Part shown: positions 19,401 to 31,285 of the stretch, one piece after another
Numbering within the stretch: the first letter of the stretch is position 1
Layout of the letters: each line of letters opens with the position of its first letter
Assembly: GCA_049840735.1 (NCBI GenBank)
Contig: JASGJN010000017.1
Location: forward strand, 320,001-384,000
Direction of reading: 5' to 3'
From: Anaeromyxobacter sp.
Lineage (GTDB): Bacteria > Myxococcota > Myxococcia > Myxococcales > Anaeromyxobacteraceae
Length of the DNA stretch: 64,000 bases
Position numbers and translations under genes: made by a program
The notes under the pieces: model-generated
What the model saw: only the letters and a program-made list of their open reading frames with translations
Told to the model about the DNA's origin: nothing
Database searches by the model: none

Positions 19401-22400
19401 CCTGTGACACCACCTGCTTGCCCCAGGACACGTCCTTGATGCGGTTGCCGTTCTTGTCGTAGCCGAGGATGTGCCCCTGGGCCTGCGTGACGTTGGCCAG
19501 GTCGCCGGCGTCCCCGTTCTTGGCCCCCTCCACCAGGATCTGGCGGTTCATCGCGTCGTACGCGTACCAGAGGTCCTGGCTCTTGCCCGTCGCGTCGTAG
19601 ACCGCGCTCGAGTCCACCGTCCGGTAGGTCTGCACCCGGTAACTCGTGTGCTGGTGGATGCGGTTGCCGACGGCGTCGTACTCGAAGCTGAGCGTCACGC
19701 CGTCGGACGCCTCCACGTTGGCCAGCCGGCCCAGGTTGTCGTAGGAGAGCCGCTGATCCTGGTAGGTGACCAGGCCGCCGTAGCTGGAGTCGATGCCGTA
19801 GTTGGTGGGCGCACCACCGTACTGGACGGTCCGCTCCAGCACCTTCTTGCCGCCCGCGTTGTAGGCGAAGGTGGAGGTCTGCCCCAGCGCGCCGTCGGCG
19901 ATCTGCACCAGCTGGCCCGCGCCGTCGTAGGCGTAGGACAGGGACTGACCGCGCGAGCTGCGCTGGGAGAGGAGCTGTCGCGCGGCGTCGTAGGTGAACT
20001 GGTAGGTCGCACCGCCCAGGTCGGTGTGGCCCTGGAGGAGCCCGAAGCCGTCGTAGCTCCAGCTGGCCAGGGTCCCGTTCGCGTCCAGGCTGCCCAGCTG
20101 CCGGCCAGCCGCGTCGAAGGCGGCCTTGCTCACCTGGCCCATGGGCTGCTTGGTCTCCACCAGGTTGCCGCGGAGAATCGTAGGCGTAGGAGGTGGCTTC
20201 GCCGTCCCCGTTGGTCACGCGGAGCTTGCGGCCCGCCTCGTCGAACACCGTCGCCGTGACCAGGGCCCGGTCGGCCACCTTGGAGACGACGTACGCGTCG
20301 CTGGCGGTGTAGACCGACACCGCCTCGGTGGTGATGGCCGTGTTCCGGCCCAGCTTGTCGAAGCCATAGCCGGTCACGTGGCCCATGGCGTCGGTGACCC
20401 GGACCTGGTTCCCGAACGCGTCGTAGGCGCGGCTGATCACGCCGCCGTCCGCGTGGACTTCGCGCGCCAGCTGTCCGACCGAGTCCCACTCCTGCCGGTT
20501 GACGTTCCCCCTGGCGTCCTGGATGGCCACCTGCCGTCCCAGCGCGTCGTAGGACAGCCGGGTGACCGGGCCGGTGCCGGTGGTGCCGTTGGCCGGCGGA
20601 TCGGTCCGCATCACCATCCGGTCCAGGGCGGAGTAGCTGAACCGGGTCCAGAGCGCGCCTGCCGAGCCGAGGCTGCGGGGCGCGGCCTGGGCGGTGATGT
20701 TGCCCCAGCGGTCGAACTCCTGGTCCACCACCACCCGGTAGGCGGCGGCGTCGGTCGCGTCCTTGCGCTGCGGGAGGAGCTGCCGGACCAGGCGCCCGAG
20801 GGCGTCGTACTGGAAGTCGGTGCGGCGCATGGACGACTGGTCCGCCGCCGCGGCGCTGGCGTAGGTCGCCGCGTCCACAGCGCCCAGGCTGGTGAGCTCG
20901 GCCGCCTGGTGGCCCAGCAGGTCGTACAGGTAGATCTTCACCCGGCCGTCGCCGCTGTTGGTGCGCCAGAGGCGCCCGGCGCCGTCGTACTCGAAGGTCT
21001 CGATGCCCTGGCCGGTGGTGCTGCGCTGCACCAGCTCGCCGAAGGCGTCGTAGGTCGCCGCCACGCGGACCGAGCCGGCGGTGGCCTGGGAGACCGTGGT
21101 GATGGTGCTGCCGCCCACCACGCTGGTGGAGGCCGGCGTCAGGACCGCCGTCTGGCGGCCCAGCGCGTCGTACTGGTAGGCCGTGTAGAGCGTGCGGGTC
21201 ACGCCGTCGTTGCCGGTGACGCCTTGCCACTCCTTGGCCACGTGCCCGGCGCGATCGTAGGACCGGTAGTGGGTGAAGCCTCCGGCGTCGGTGACCGCCC
21301 GGGCCAGGCCGCGAGCGTCGTAGCGGGTCAGGGTGGTCCGATCCAGCGTGGCGCTGGGCGCCGCCGCGGTGCCGGTGGCCGCGGCGCTGGCGCCGTTCGC
21401 GTACTCGGTCTTCACCACCGCGTTGCCGAGGGCGTCGCGGAGGTAGGTGGTGAGGGGGGTGAGCGCGGTGCCGCCGGTGGTGCTGCTCCGGGTCGGCGCG
21501 ACGACGGCGCGGATCTGCCCGCGCGCGTCGTAGACCGTGTAGGTGGTGCCCCCGAGCGCATCGGTGACGGAGGTCCGGTTGCCGACCGCGTCGTAGCCGT
21601 AGGTGGTCGTGAGGTCCCGCCGGGCCGTGACGCCGGCCGCGTCGGTGCACTCGACGGCCTTGCGGGTCTCGGCCACGCGGCGGTTGAGACGGTCGTACTG
21701 GTAGGTCAGCTCGCAATCCAGCGTGGCGCTCTCCACCAGCGACGCCAGGTCATAGGTGGTCCGCCCCGCGACCGTGGTGCCGTCGAGCGCCGTGGCGTAC
21801 TCCCGGCGGCGGACCAGGTCGCCCGAGGCGTCGTAGGCCTGCTCGGTGAGGAACCCGAGCGCATCGACCGTCTTCACCTCCTGGCCGCGCTGGTCGAAGA
21901 CGTGCCGGATGCCCGCCCAGGAGAGCCCGCGGCCGGTGAGCGCCCAGACCTCGACGGCCTGGCCGAAGGCGTCATAGGTGGTCTCGACCACCGCCGACGC
22001 GGAGAAGCCCTCGGAGCCGGTGCCATCGCTCATCCAGGCCTGTGGCTGCGTCACGCGGACGGCCCGACCCATCGCGTCCCGATCGGTGACGATGGCGCGA
22101 TCGGCCTGATGCTGGGCGGCGGTGAGCGCGGCCAGGGCTGCGCCCACCTCTGCGGCCGTCGGGGCGGTGGTGCCGGTGGCGGCGAGCGTCGGCGCAGCGG
22201 CGTAGCGGGTGAGCCGCGTCACCTCGCCGAAGGTGTTGCGCTCGTACCCGGTGACGAACCCCAGCGCGTCCACCTCGAACCGCACGCGCCCCAGGGCGTC
22301 GTGGGCGCGGCAGGTCCGGTTGCCCGCCACGTCGATGTTCACCACCGCGTCGCCGAAGACGTCGTAGACCACCTGGCTGGTGAGCGTGACCGTGGTCTCG

Positions 22401-25400
22401 ACCCGGGCCGCCAGCGCCGTCGCGCCGTTCGAGGCCAGACTGGCCTCGGCCTCGCTGTACACGGCCACCGGCGGATAGGTGGTCTTCACCTGCCGCCCGC
22501 GGGCGTCGTAGGCGTAGGCGGTGGCCCGCTCCTGCCCGGCCAGCCCCGCCGCCTCGATGCGACGGGTCAGGTTGCCGAGCGCGTCGTACTCGAAGCGCGT
22601 GACCACCGCGGTGCTGACCGTGGTCCCGACCACCACCTTGCCGGTGGAGTCGTCCACCGTGGTGACGTCCACGGCCGGGTCGGTCTGCTGCACCAGCCGT
22701 CCCGCAGCGTCGTAGGCGTAGGTCCAGGTGACGCCCTTGGCGTTGGTGGTCGAGAGCCTCCGTCCGGCGCCGTCGTAGGTGCTGGACTCGACCTGCCCCA
22801 GCGCGTCGGTGCGGGCCGAGAGCTGGCTGGCGCCGTCGTAGGCGGAGGTCGTGACCTGGTCGCGCGCCGCGTCCGAGATCAGCGCGGCCGCGATGGCCGC
22901 TCCGCTCGCGCCGGGCGCCAGCCCGACCGTGGCGGTGGCGTAGAGCCGCGTGGAGGCCACCCGGCCCACGCCGTCATAGGACGTGCGGGTCACGTACCCG
23001 AGCGCGTCCACCGTGTAGGCCAGCCGCCCGGCGGCATCGTAGGCCGCCACCGTGGTCCGGTCGGCCCCCGCCGTCTCGACCAACCCGGTCAGATCCCCGT
23101 CCGCCTCCACCGTGAGCGCGCCACCGGCAGCGATGCGGGCCGCGTAGGCGCGGGTGCCCACCACGTTGCCCGCCCCGTCGTACCAGCGGCGGGTCACCGC
23201 GCCGCTCGCGTCCACCTCGTAGATGCGCCGGCCGGCGGCGTCGTAGGCGGCGCTCGAGACGCGCTTTTCGCCGGTACCGGCGACCACCGGCGCCACGGCA
23301 GCGGCCAGGGCCGAGGCATCGGTGGCAGTCGTCGGCGCGGCGATGCGGGTCGCGTAGGCCACCTGCCGCACCACGCTGCCGCCCGCGTTGTAGACGAGCT
23401 GCCGGACGCTTCCCAGTGCATCGACCGAGGTCGTCTGGCGGCCCGCGCGATCGTAGCCGAACAGCGTCACCCGGTCAGCGGCGCTGGCCGCCGCGCTGCT
23501 GGGCGAGGCCGTGGAGGCCACCGCCGTGGCGTAGGCGATCACCTTCACCACGTTGCCGCCCGCGTCGTAGACCCGCTGGGTCACGCCGCCCAGGGCGTCG
23601 GCGGTGAAGGTGAGCCGCTGGGCGGCGTCGTAGACGGAGCGGACGCGCACGTCCAGCGCGGGATCCTTGACCAGCGCCACGTTGGCGGAGAGGGCCGCCT
23701 CGGTGGCCGCGGTGCTGGCCGGGATGTACCTGGCGTAGGCCACCCGCTCCACCACGTTGCCGCAGGCGTCGTACTTCTGCTCCACCACCGCGCCCAGGGC
23801 GTCCAGCGTGAACCGGACCCGGTTGGCCTTGTCGTAGACCGTCCGGACCACCTCGTCGCGGGCCCCATCGGCCGCGGCTGGCGGAGCGGTGCCCGGGGTC
23901 CAGGAGGCCAGCACGATGCGCGTCGCGTAGACCCGCCGCTCGATCACGTTGCCGGCGCCGTCGTACTGGTAGCGCGTCACGCCTCCGGCGCCGTCCACCG
24001 ACCAGACCAGCCGGCCGTCGCGATCGAGCACGCGCCGCTCCACCAGGTCCGGCTGGCCCGCCGCGGCCGGCTGGAGCCGGCCCGCAACGTCCGCCGCGGT
24101 GCAGGCGACGGGCAGCGAGGTCAGCGAGATGACCTTGCCGTAGCGAATGTAGGCGGTGACGCGCCCCTCCGCGTCGTAATCGGTCTTGTGGACGCTGCCG
24201 GTCGCGTCGACCGTGTAGACCAGGCGCCCGCCCGCGTCGTGGACGAAGCGCGTGACGGCGCCGCGCGGATCCGTCCGCGCGACCAGCTGGCCGTTGGCGT
24301 CGTAGGTGAAGGTGTCGGTGAGGACGAGGCCGCCCGGATCCACGGTGGTGGACGTGCGCCGGCCCGCCGCGTCGTAGGCGTGCTGGGTGACGGCACCGCC
24401 GGGCTGGGTGACGGTCAGGAGCCGGCCGCCCAGGTCGTAGGCGTAGCGGGTGACCAGGTTCAGGCCGCCCGGATCGACCGTCTGCGTGAGGACATTGCCG
24501 GCCAGGTCGAAGGCGGTGTCGGTGATCACGCCGCGCGGATCGGTGACCCGGATCCGCTGCCCCTTGGCGTCGTAGGCGTAGCGCGTGACCAGGTTCAGGC
24601 CGGAGGGATCGACCGCGCGGGTGAGGACCCGACCGGCCGCGTCGTAGGTGTAGCGGGTGACCGTGCCGCGGGCGTCGGTCTCCTCGACCAGCTCGTCGCC
24701 GTCGTAGGTGCGCCGGGAAATGGTGCCGTCGGCGGCGGTGGTCTGCGTCAGGTGCCCGTCGGCGTCGTAGGCATGGGCGGTGACATTGCCGCGACCGTCG
24801 GTGACGCGCAGGACCTGGCCATGCCGGGTGCGCTCGGTGACCAGGGTCACGCCCTCCGGCGTGGTCACCGTCACGCTCCGCGCGGCCAGGTCGTAGCGGT
24901 AGCTGGTGACGTTGCCCAGCGCGTCCCGCTGCGTGAGCCTGCCGCCGAAGGCGTCGTAGGTGGTGACCCGCGTCCCGCCCAGCGCATCGACGGTCTGCAC
25001 CACCCGGCCCAGCCGGTCGTAGGTGGAGAGCTCGCGGTCCACGCCGTTCGGGTCGGTGATGCGGACCACCCGGCCGAAGGCGTCGAAGGCGAAGCTGCGG
25101 GTGAGGGCCAGGCCGGCGGGGTCGTCGATGGTGCGGGTGACCAGGCCGCGGCGATCGAAGAGGGCGGTCTCGACCAGCGTGCGTGCGTCCACCTGCTGGG
25201 TGGTCCGGCTCACCTCGCCGAACGCGTTGACCTCGGCGTCGGTGCGCGCCCCCAGCGCGTCGATGCTCGCGATGCGGGCACCGCGGGCGTCATACTCGCT
25301 TCGCTGAGTGGAGTTGCTGCTGGAGGCGCTGCGGGCCGCCGCCAGTGCGGCCGCGGCGGCCGTGTTGGCCGAGCTGGACAGCACGCCACCGACCAGGGCC

Positions 25401-28400
25401 GCCACCGTGGAGGCGGACAGGCGGGTGGCGAAGGCGCTGGTGGACTTGACGTGGCCCAGGGCGTCGTAGGTGGTCTCGGAGACCTCCCCAAGCGCGTTGA
25501 CCGTGAAGCGGAGCCGGCCGGCGTCGTCGTGGAAGAAGGCGGTGCGGCTGCCGGAGGCGTCGGTGGTGCTGATGCGCCGCCCCGCGGCGTCGTAGGCGTG
25601 CTTCACCCCGTGCTCCGCCCACACCGCGTCGATCTGGGCCTGGGTCAGGCCCGCCACGATCAGCGCCGCGCCGGTGGCGGAGAGCTCGGCCGTCACCCTC
25701 CCCTGCACGTCGAAGCGCTGCAGCAGTGTGCGCTGCTCGGTCGTGCCGAGCGCCACGGTGGTGCGGACCAGGTTACCGCTGCCGTCGTACTGGTACTCGG
25801 TGACGGTCCCTTCGGCGTTGGTCTGCCGGGAGAGCCGGCCCAGGGCGTCCCAGGTGGCGGTCGAGACCCCATCGGCAGCCTGGGTGGCCGGACGCAGCGA
25901 CGCCAGCGTTGCGGCGGTGGTGGGCGCGGCCGTGACCTTCCCGGCGTAGCGCCGCGACTGGACCAGCTGACCGTCCAGGTCGTAGGCCAGCTCGGTGAGG
26001 TAGCCCTCGCCGTCCACCTCGGCCACCCTCTGGCCGCGGGCGTCGTAGTACGCGAAGGTCGAGACGTCCCGGGCCGCGTCGGGGTCCACCAGGGCAGCCA
26101 CGTTGCCGCTGGTCCGGGCCGCCGCCACCGCCGCGGCGATGCCGGCAGCGTCGGTGAAGCCGCGCACCTTGGTGGCGTAGGCGATGGTCTGCACCAGCCG
26201 GCCCGAGCCGTCGTAGCGCAGCTCGGTCAGGTACCCCTCGCCGTCGATGGTGCCGCGCAGCCGGCCGTCGCGGTCGAATATCTGGCTGATGACGCGGTCC
26301 GCCGCGCTGGCCGTGACCTGCACCGTCCCCGCCGTCGGGGCCAGCGCCAGGGTCACGCCGATGCCGTTGCCCAGCGCGCTGGTCGGGACGGCGGTCGCGT
26401 AGCGCGTGGTGGAGAGCACGCGCGAGGCCGCGTCGTACTCGGTGCGGGTCACGTAGCCGAGCGCGTCCACCTGCCAAGCCAGCCGCCCGGCGGCGTCGTA
26501 CAGGTACCAGGCCTTGGCGTCCTGCGCGGTGATGGCCGGCCGGAGCGTGGCCAGCGCCGGGCAGGTCGGCGCTCCAGCCCCGTCCACCAGCTTCGAGACG
26601 TCGACCGGGGTGGCGTAGGCGATGGTCTGCGTGAGCTGGCCGGCCGCGTCGTAGGCGAACTCGGTCAGCGCGCCCGCCGACCCCACCTCGGCCACCTTGC
26701 GCCCGGCGGCGTCGTACAGCACCCAGCTCCGCTGGCCGGTGGGGCCCTGCGTCATGAGCAGCCGGCCGTCGGCGTCGTAGCTGTAGCGGGTGGTCCCCAG
26801 GGTGGTTCCAGCGGAGGACTCGACCAGGCTCACCAGCCGGCCCGCGCCGTCGAAGGTCGAGGTCCGGACCAGCCCGCCGGCCAGCGTGACCGAGATCTTC
26901 CCGCCGGCGTCGTCGTAGAGCACCACCGTCGGCAGCGACAGCGTCCCGTCGGAGGAGCGGCTAAGCGAGGAGACCACCCGGCCCAGCCCGTCGTAGACGG
27001 TCTGGGTGAGCCCCTTCCCGTCCGGCGTGACGGTCTGCAGCAGCTGGCCGCGGTCGTCGTACACGTACTGCGTGCTGGCCCCCGTGCCCGCCTTGCCCAC
27101 CCCGGTCGCGTCCACCTCGGCGTAGACCGTGGAGAGCTTCAGCTGGCCGCGCAGGTCGTAGGCGTAATCGGTGCGGGTGGTGCGGGTCAGGTCCTGCGCC
27201 GCCGCCCAGGCCTGCAGCTGGGCCTCGGTCGGCACCGCCGTCTCGGCCAGTGCGGAGACGTCGTAGACCGCGCCGCGGTACTCGATGGCGGCCGTCCGCT
27301 GCCCGGCCGCGTCGTACCGGTACTCCGTCACCCGCCCCTCGGCGCTGAGGACGAAGCGGAGCAGGCCGCGCTGGGCGGCGTCGCGGACGTAGCGGGTGGT
27401 GAGCGGCTGCGTGGCCCCGGCGCCGGCCTGGGCCGACTCGGTGAGGAGCTGGTTGCGCGCGTCGTAGGTGCGCTCCAGCGTGTTCCCGGCCGCGTCGACC
27501 TGCCGGAGCAGGTTGCCGCTGGCATCGTAGGTCATGGCCACCGTGCGGCCCAGGCCGTCGACGATGGAGGCGACGTCGCCCAGCGCCGTGTAGGCGTAGT
27601 CGAGCCGCGTGAGGCCGGCCGGGTTGCCCACCGTGACCCCGCTGCGGACCTGCGTCAGCTGCCCCTTGGCGTCGTGCTGGTAGACCGTGGCGACGCCCAG
27701 CGGGTCGGTGACCGTGGTCTTGCCCGCCGCGGCGTCGTAGGCGAACTGCGTCACCTTCTCTTCGCCGTCGGTGACCGAGGCGACCTTGTAGAGGCCGTCC
27801 AGCAGCACGTAGGTGAAGCTGAGCGTTGTGCCGTCGCCCTGGGTGAGGGAGGCGATGCGGTTGCTGGTCCCGTCGTAGGCGTAGGTCGTCTTGAAGACCG
27901 TCCCCGTCTCGCCCGCCGCCACCGCGGCCTGGCTGCGCGGGTTCAGGACCACGCTGACCGACTCGAGCCGGTTGAGCGCGTCGTAGCCGTAGGAGACGTC
28001 CAGGACCGTGAGCGCGCCATCGATCGAGAGCACCGTGCGGACCTCGAGCAGGTTGCGCCCGCTCGGCCCACCGTAGGTGAAGGTGATCGACTCCCCGCTG
28101 GCGCTGCTGATGCGCGTGAGCAGGTTGGAGGCGTCGTAGCCGTAGGTGAGCGCGTTCCCGCTCGCGTCCACCGAGGTCAGGATCCGCCCGAAGCTCCCCG
28201 CCTGATAGGTCTCGCGCCCGCCCAAGGCGCCGTCCGTCCAAGTGTAGGTGCCGTCGGCGTTGACGACGATGGCGTCGCGCGCCGAGCCCGCCGTCACCGA
28301 GGCCAGGTAGGCCTGCCGGGTCGCGTCCCAGAGGTAGTCGCAGAACGAGCCGTCCGCGTCATGCCGCCGCAGCTTCCCGCCGCCCAGGTCCTCGATGGCC

Positions 28401-28669
28401 CGCGTAGGCGCGCCCTGCCAGCCGTCGCCGTTGCCGTCGAAGTCGTAGCCGCCCTGGCTGTTGTAGGTGCGCAGCGCCGTCGCATCCGGCCCCCGCCCCG
28501 CCAGCAGCACGTCCGCGCGCTGCAGGACCAGATTGCCGGTGAAGGCGTTGACGTAGGCCCGCTCGCCGCCCTGCCCCTGCGCCGCCGAGCCCGACTGCCC
28601 CCGCAGACCGAGCGCGGAGAGCGAGCTGAGGTTGAGGCCGAGCGAATTCCCCGAAAAGACTGCGACCAT
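16429..28669 (-). CDS. Giant YD/Rhs-repeat + LysM + TM polymorphic toxin 1 (~4080 aa) with C-terminal alpha/beta-hydrolase (lipase) tip; 1-nt insertion near 20175
   Basis: ORFs 19145..28669 and 16429..20160 join as YDLRGNLVETKQP if the extra A is removed (compare 36720-36740). Dozens of YDxxGR repeats; LysM at ~18323-18463; TM helices; tip RGTE..DW..N..QG, GHSLGG, TFNAAG, late His. Confidence 0.9.
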
Positions 28670-28675
28670 GCGTCA

Positions 28676-28873
28676 CCCGTAGCCACCGCGCGCGGACGGG
28701 TCCGCCAGGTCAGGTCTGGCGGGCGGTCACGGGTGGTATGGGGTTATCCGCGGGGAGGAGAGGGAGTTAAGCGAAAGCCCCATCAGGGGCGTCACGGCTG
28801 GCTACCGGAAAGTTCTCGCCCGAGGCGGGGGACAGTTGCGCGTGGGGCGTCGCCTTGTCCCAGGAAGCCTGCT
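28676..28873. repeat. Toxin-1 upstream leader, duplicated at 30191-30389
   Basis: Near-identical ~200 bp (ccgtagccaccgcgcgcggacggg...caggaagcctgctg). Confidence 0.9.
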
Positions 28874-28922
28874 GGGCCCGCCCGCGGCCTGTAATGTAGG
28901 ATGACGCGACCCCTCCCCCCCC
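28874..28922 (+). repeat. Cassette-junction repeat, copy 1 (internally deleted)
   Basis: ggcccgcccgcggcct-gtaatgtaggatgacgcgacccctcccccc. Confidence 0.85.
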
Positions 28923-29246
28923 ACTTCAGCCGCTGTGGCGCGATTCCCGTCGCCTCTCGGAACGCCACGAACGTGAGGCCGCTCGCCTCGAACGCCGCCA
29001 GCGCCGCTCGCCCATCGGCTTCGCCCCAGTACCGCCCGGCGGCGAGCCTGCGCAGTTGCGCCCGATCCACCCCGCTGATCCTCTTCGTCGTCGCCACGGT
29101 CACCTCCGTGGCGAAGCCTGCCGAACTGCCGCCAGGCTCGTCAGATGCGGTTCACCGGGCGCTTACAGATGCGGTTCACCGGGCGCTTACGCGAAGCCTG
29201 CCTCGGCGCCCTCACGCTCGGCAGATGCGGTTCACCGGGGGCTTAC
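28923..29246 (-). mobile_element. IS66-family left-end remnant: truncated tnpA plus three copies of the terminal repeat
   Basis: W..A..AFEASGLT..F..GI..RL.W tnpA-like ORF cut at the junction repeat. GTAAGC(G/C)CCCGGTGAACCGCATCTG at 29142-29166, 29166-29190 and 29222-29246. Confidence 0.7.
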
Positions 29247-29249
29247 GCT

Positions 29250-29590
29250 CCGACACCATCCTCGCGGTGTGCTCTACCGCCATCGGCACGAACTTCGGCG
29301 AGTCCGCTGGCCGCGGCGCACTCGACCAGAGCTTGATCGATCGTTGCGGGATCGAGCACGAGGGCCGCCGCCTCGAACTGCACCCGGTGGACCCGGTCGC
29401 CAACGCCCGCCGCAAACGCCTGCCCCGCAGGCCTGGCGAGGCTCCGGCCACCAGCACCGACTTTGACCCCACCCAGACGCTGCTCGACGCGGCCACCGGC
29501 CGCCGCCGCAAGGAGAACGACCGATGAGGGACTCGTACCTGACCGCCTTCGGGCTGCAGGAGCCGCCGTTCTCGAAAGAGATCGCCGACC
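29250..29590 (+). mobile_element. Remnant of a DDE/Mu-like transposase C-terminus plus start of an ExeA-like AAA gene
   Basis: LHPVDPVANARRKR..DFDP; followed by YLTAFGLQEPPFSKEI. Confidence 0.55.
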
Positions 29591-29637
29591 AGTGACTGGC
29601 CTCCTGCCGCATCAACCGGCGTGGCGAGACGTCACGC

Positions 29638-29898
29638 TCATTTCTGCCTTCGAGTCAATCGCCGCAGCACCGCGGCAAGGACCTCGGCGACGGTCCAAAG
29701 AACACCCACGACCAGGAGCGCAAGCGCGGAGTACGCAAGGATGGCCGCGTTCCTCACATGGATTGAATACTCAGCGTACTGCTCCGGCGTTGGGTCCTGA
29801 TATGGAATACCTACATAGTTGACCCAATACAGGAAGGCCAAGAGCCCAAACACTAACCCAGAGACAACAACAGTACGCCGCCATTTATGCCGATTCAT
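29638..29898 (-). CDS. Small 2-TM membrane protein (GIPYQDPT motif); probable orphan immunity protein
   Basis: Lower GC, two hydrophobic helices, GGAGG upstream of the ATG, preceded by a truncated ORF end at 29934-30060. Confidence 0.6.
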   Translation of the reverse strand: MNRHKWRRTVVVSGLVFGLLAFLYWVNYVGIPYQDPTPEQYAEYSIHVRNAAILAYSALALLVVGVLWTVAEVLAAVLRRLTRRQK

Positions 29899-30135
29899 CT
29901 GGCCCTCCCGCAACTCCGTCGGGCAGTCGTCTATCACTGCATGGATTTCGAAATTGGCGGCGGCATCTCAATGCCAAAAGGACTAGTCGGCGGCTCCGGC
30001 ACGGTGACCGCCAGGTCCGATGGAGCCCACCCTGGTTCCGACACTCCCAGCCCACGCACCGCCGGGGCCCGGGCAGCGGTGATGCCGGTGGAAGTGGGCT
30101 CACCCGAGAACCGGTGGCGACACAGCAAGCCTGCC

Positions 30136-30572
30136 GGGCTCGCCCGCGGCCTGCATATCCGAAACCGTAATGTAGAATGACGCGCCCCCCCCCGTAGCCA
30201 CCGCGCGCGGACGGGTCCGCCAGGTCAGGTCTGGCGGGCGGTCACGGGTGGTATGGGGTTTTCCACGGGGAGGAGAGGGAGTTAAGCGAAAGACCCATCA
30301 GGGGCGTCACGACCGGCTACCGGAAAGTTCTCGCGCGAGGCGGGGGAACAGTTGCGCGTGGGGCGTCGCCTTGCCCCAGGAAGCCTGCTGGGCCCGCCCG
30401 CGGCCTGCATATCCGAAAGTGTAATGTAGGATCACGCGACCCCTACCCCACGAGACCGGTGGCGACACAGCAAGCCTGCCGGGCTCGCCCGCGGCCTGCA
30501 TATCCGAAAGTGTAATGTAGAATGACGCGACCCCTCCCCCCTTAATGTAGAATGACGCGACCCCTCCCCCCC
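30136..30572 (+). repeat. Junction-repeat copies 2-5 (30136-30192, 30390-30450, 30481-30541, 30543-30572) enclosing the duplicated leader
   Basis: cgcccgcggcctgcatatccgaaa(gt/cc)gtaatgtag(a/g)at(g/c)acgcg(a)cccc repeated. Confidence 0.9.
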
Positions 30573-30704
30573 TGCCCGGCGCGGCAGCGTCGATCCGCGT
30601 GGCGAGGTCTCCAACGAGTGGATCCTTGGAGGTGAAGACTCGGGGGACCCGGGTGGCTGCTGCGTCCTGAATGAGGGGATCAGTCAGGGCGGAGGCCGCA
30701 ATAT

Positions 30705-31169
30705 CTAGCGGGATGCCTCCCGTCTCCCCGGCGGGATCGCTGGGTATGGGGCGGAGTCCTTATCGGTCGGATATCCATCACAGCACCAACGAATGGAACT
30801 GAACCGTTCCAACAGGGCGGCGTGTAACTGAATCGCCACCTCATAGCAGCACGCAGAACTGGCCGATGGAGCTCGACGCATGAGCGAACTCAATAAACCA
30901 ACGTTGCGTGTGGGCGCTATGGTGACGAGCCACTCGCCCGCTACCCCACTCGGCGCCCCCACTATCACTTGAATACTGCTCGCACCTTTCTCCGCGGTAA
31001 CGAACCAGCCGCAGTCTCGCCAATTCTCGAACTCACTGAACTGCCAGCCCTTGCCGACCAGAACCGCCATGAAGAACCTCAGCACCGGCAGACCCGCTGG
31101 CCTGTCATACTCATCGTCTGGAGCCACGTCTCCGACAAAAACAGCATTCTGCGTTACAGCACGCCGCAT
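30705..31169 (-). CDS. Hypothetical protein; probable immunity protein of orphan toxin 2
   Basis: Lower-GC 154-aa ORF directly downstream of the toxin-2 tip. Confidence 0.65.
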   Translation of the reverse strand: MRRAVTQNAVFVGDVAPDDEYDRPAGLPVLRFFMAVLVGKGWQFSEFENWRDCGWFVTAEKGASSIQVIVGAPSGVAGEWLVTIAPTRNVGLLSSLMRRAPSASSACCYEVAIQLHAALLERFSSIRWCCDGYPTDKDSAPYPAIPPGRREASR

Positions 31170-31285
31170 TTACCACTCCCGAGGATCGAGATCGTTGCGC
31201 TGGTCTCCAAATTACTCGCACGCATGGACTGAACTGGAACGGGGACGAGAAGCAGGACAGTCCATCACCCGCAGGGTCGGCCCCC

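Noticed and set aside
20160..20190. Programmed frameshift separating the Rhs core from the toxin half (also at 58158)
   Set aside because: The two shifts are at non-equivalent positions, lack slippery sequences, and toxin 2 is in frame at both
16429..28669. T6SS- or Tc-toxin-type Rhs
   Set aside because: No PAAR, VgrG, EagR/DcrB chaperone or SpvB/TcB domain visible
20126..28894. 2922-aa plus-strand ORF, and other long antisense ORFs such as 33..2387, 3480..5717, 10726..13095 and 60152..62155
   Set aside because: Shadow frames of high-GC minus-strand genes; no recognisable motifs
29142..29246. Three 25-bp direct repeats resembling a mini-CRISPR
   Set aside because: They read GTAAGC.. on the minus strand next to an IS66 tnpA fragment, so they are IS66 terminal repeats; two are contiguous with no spacer; no cas genes
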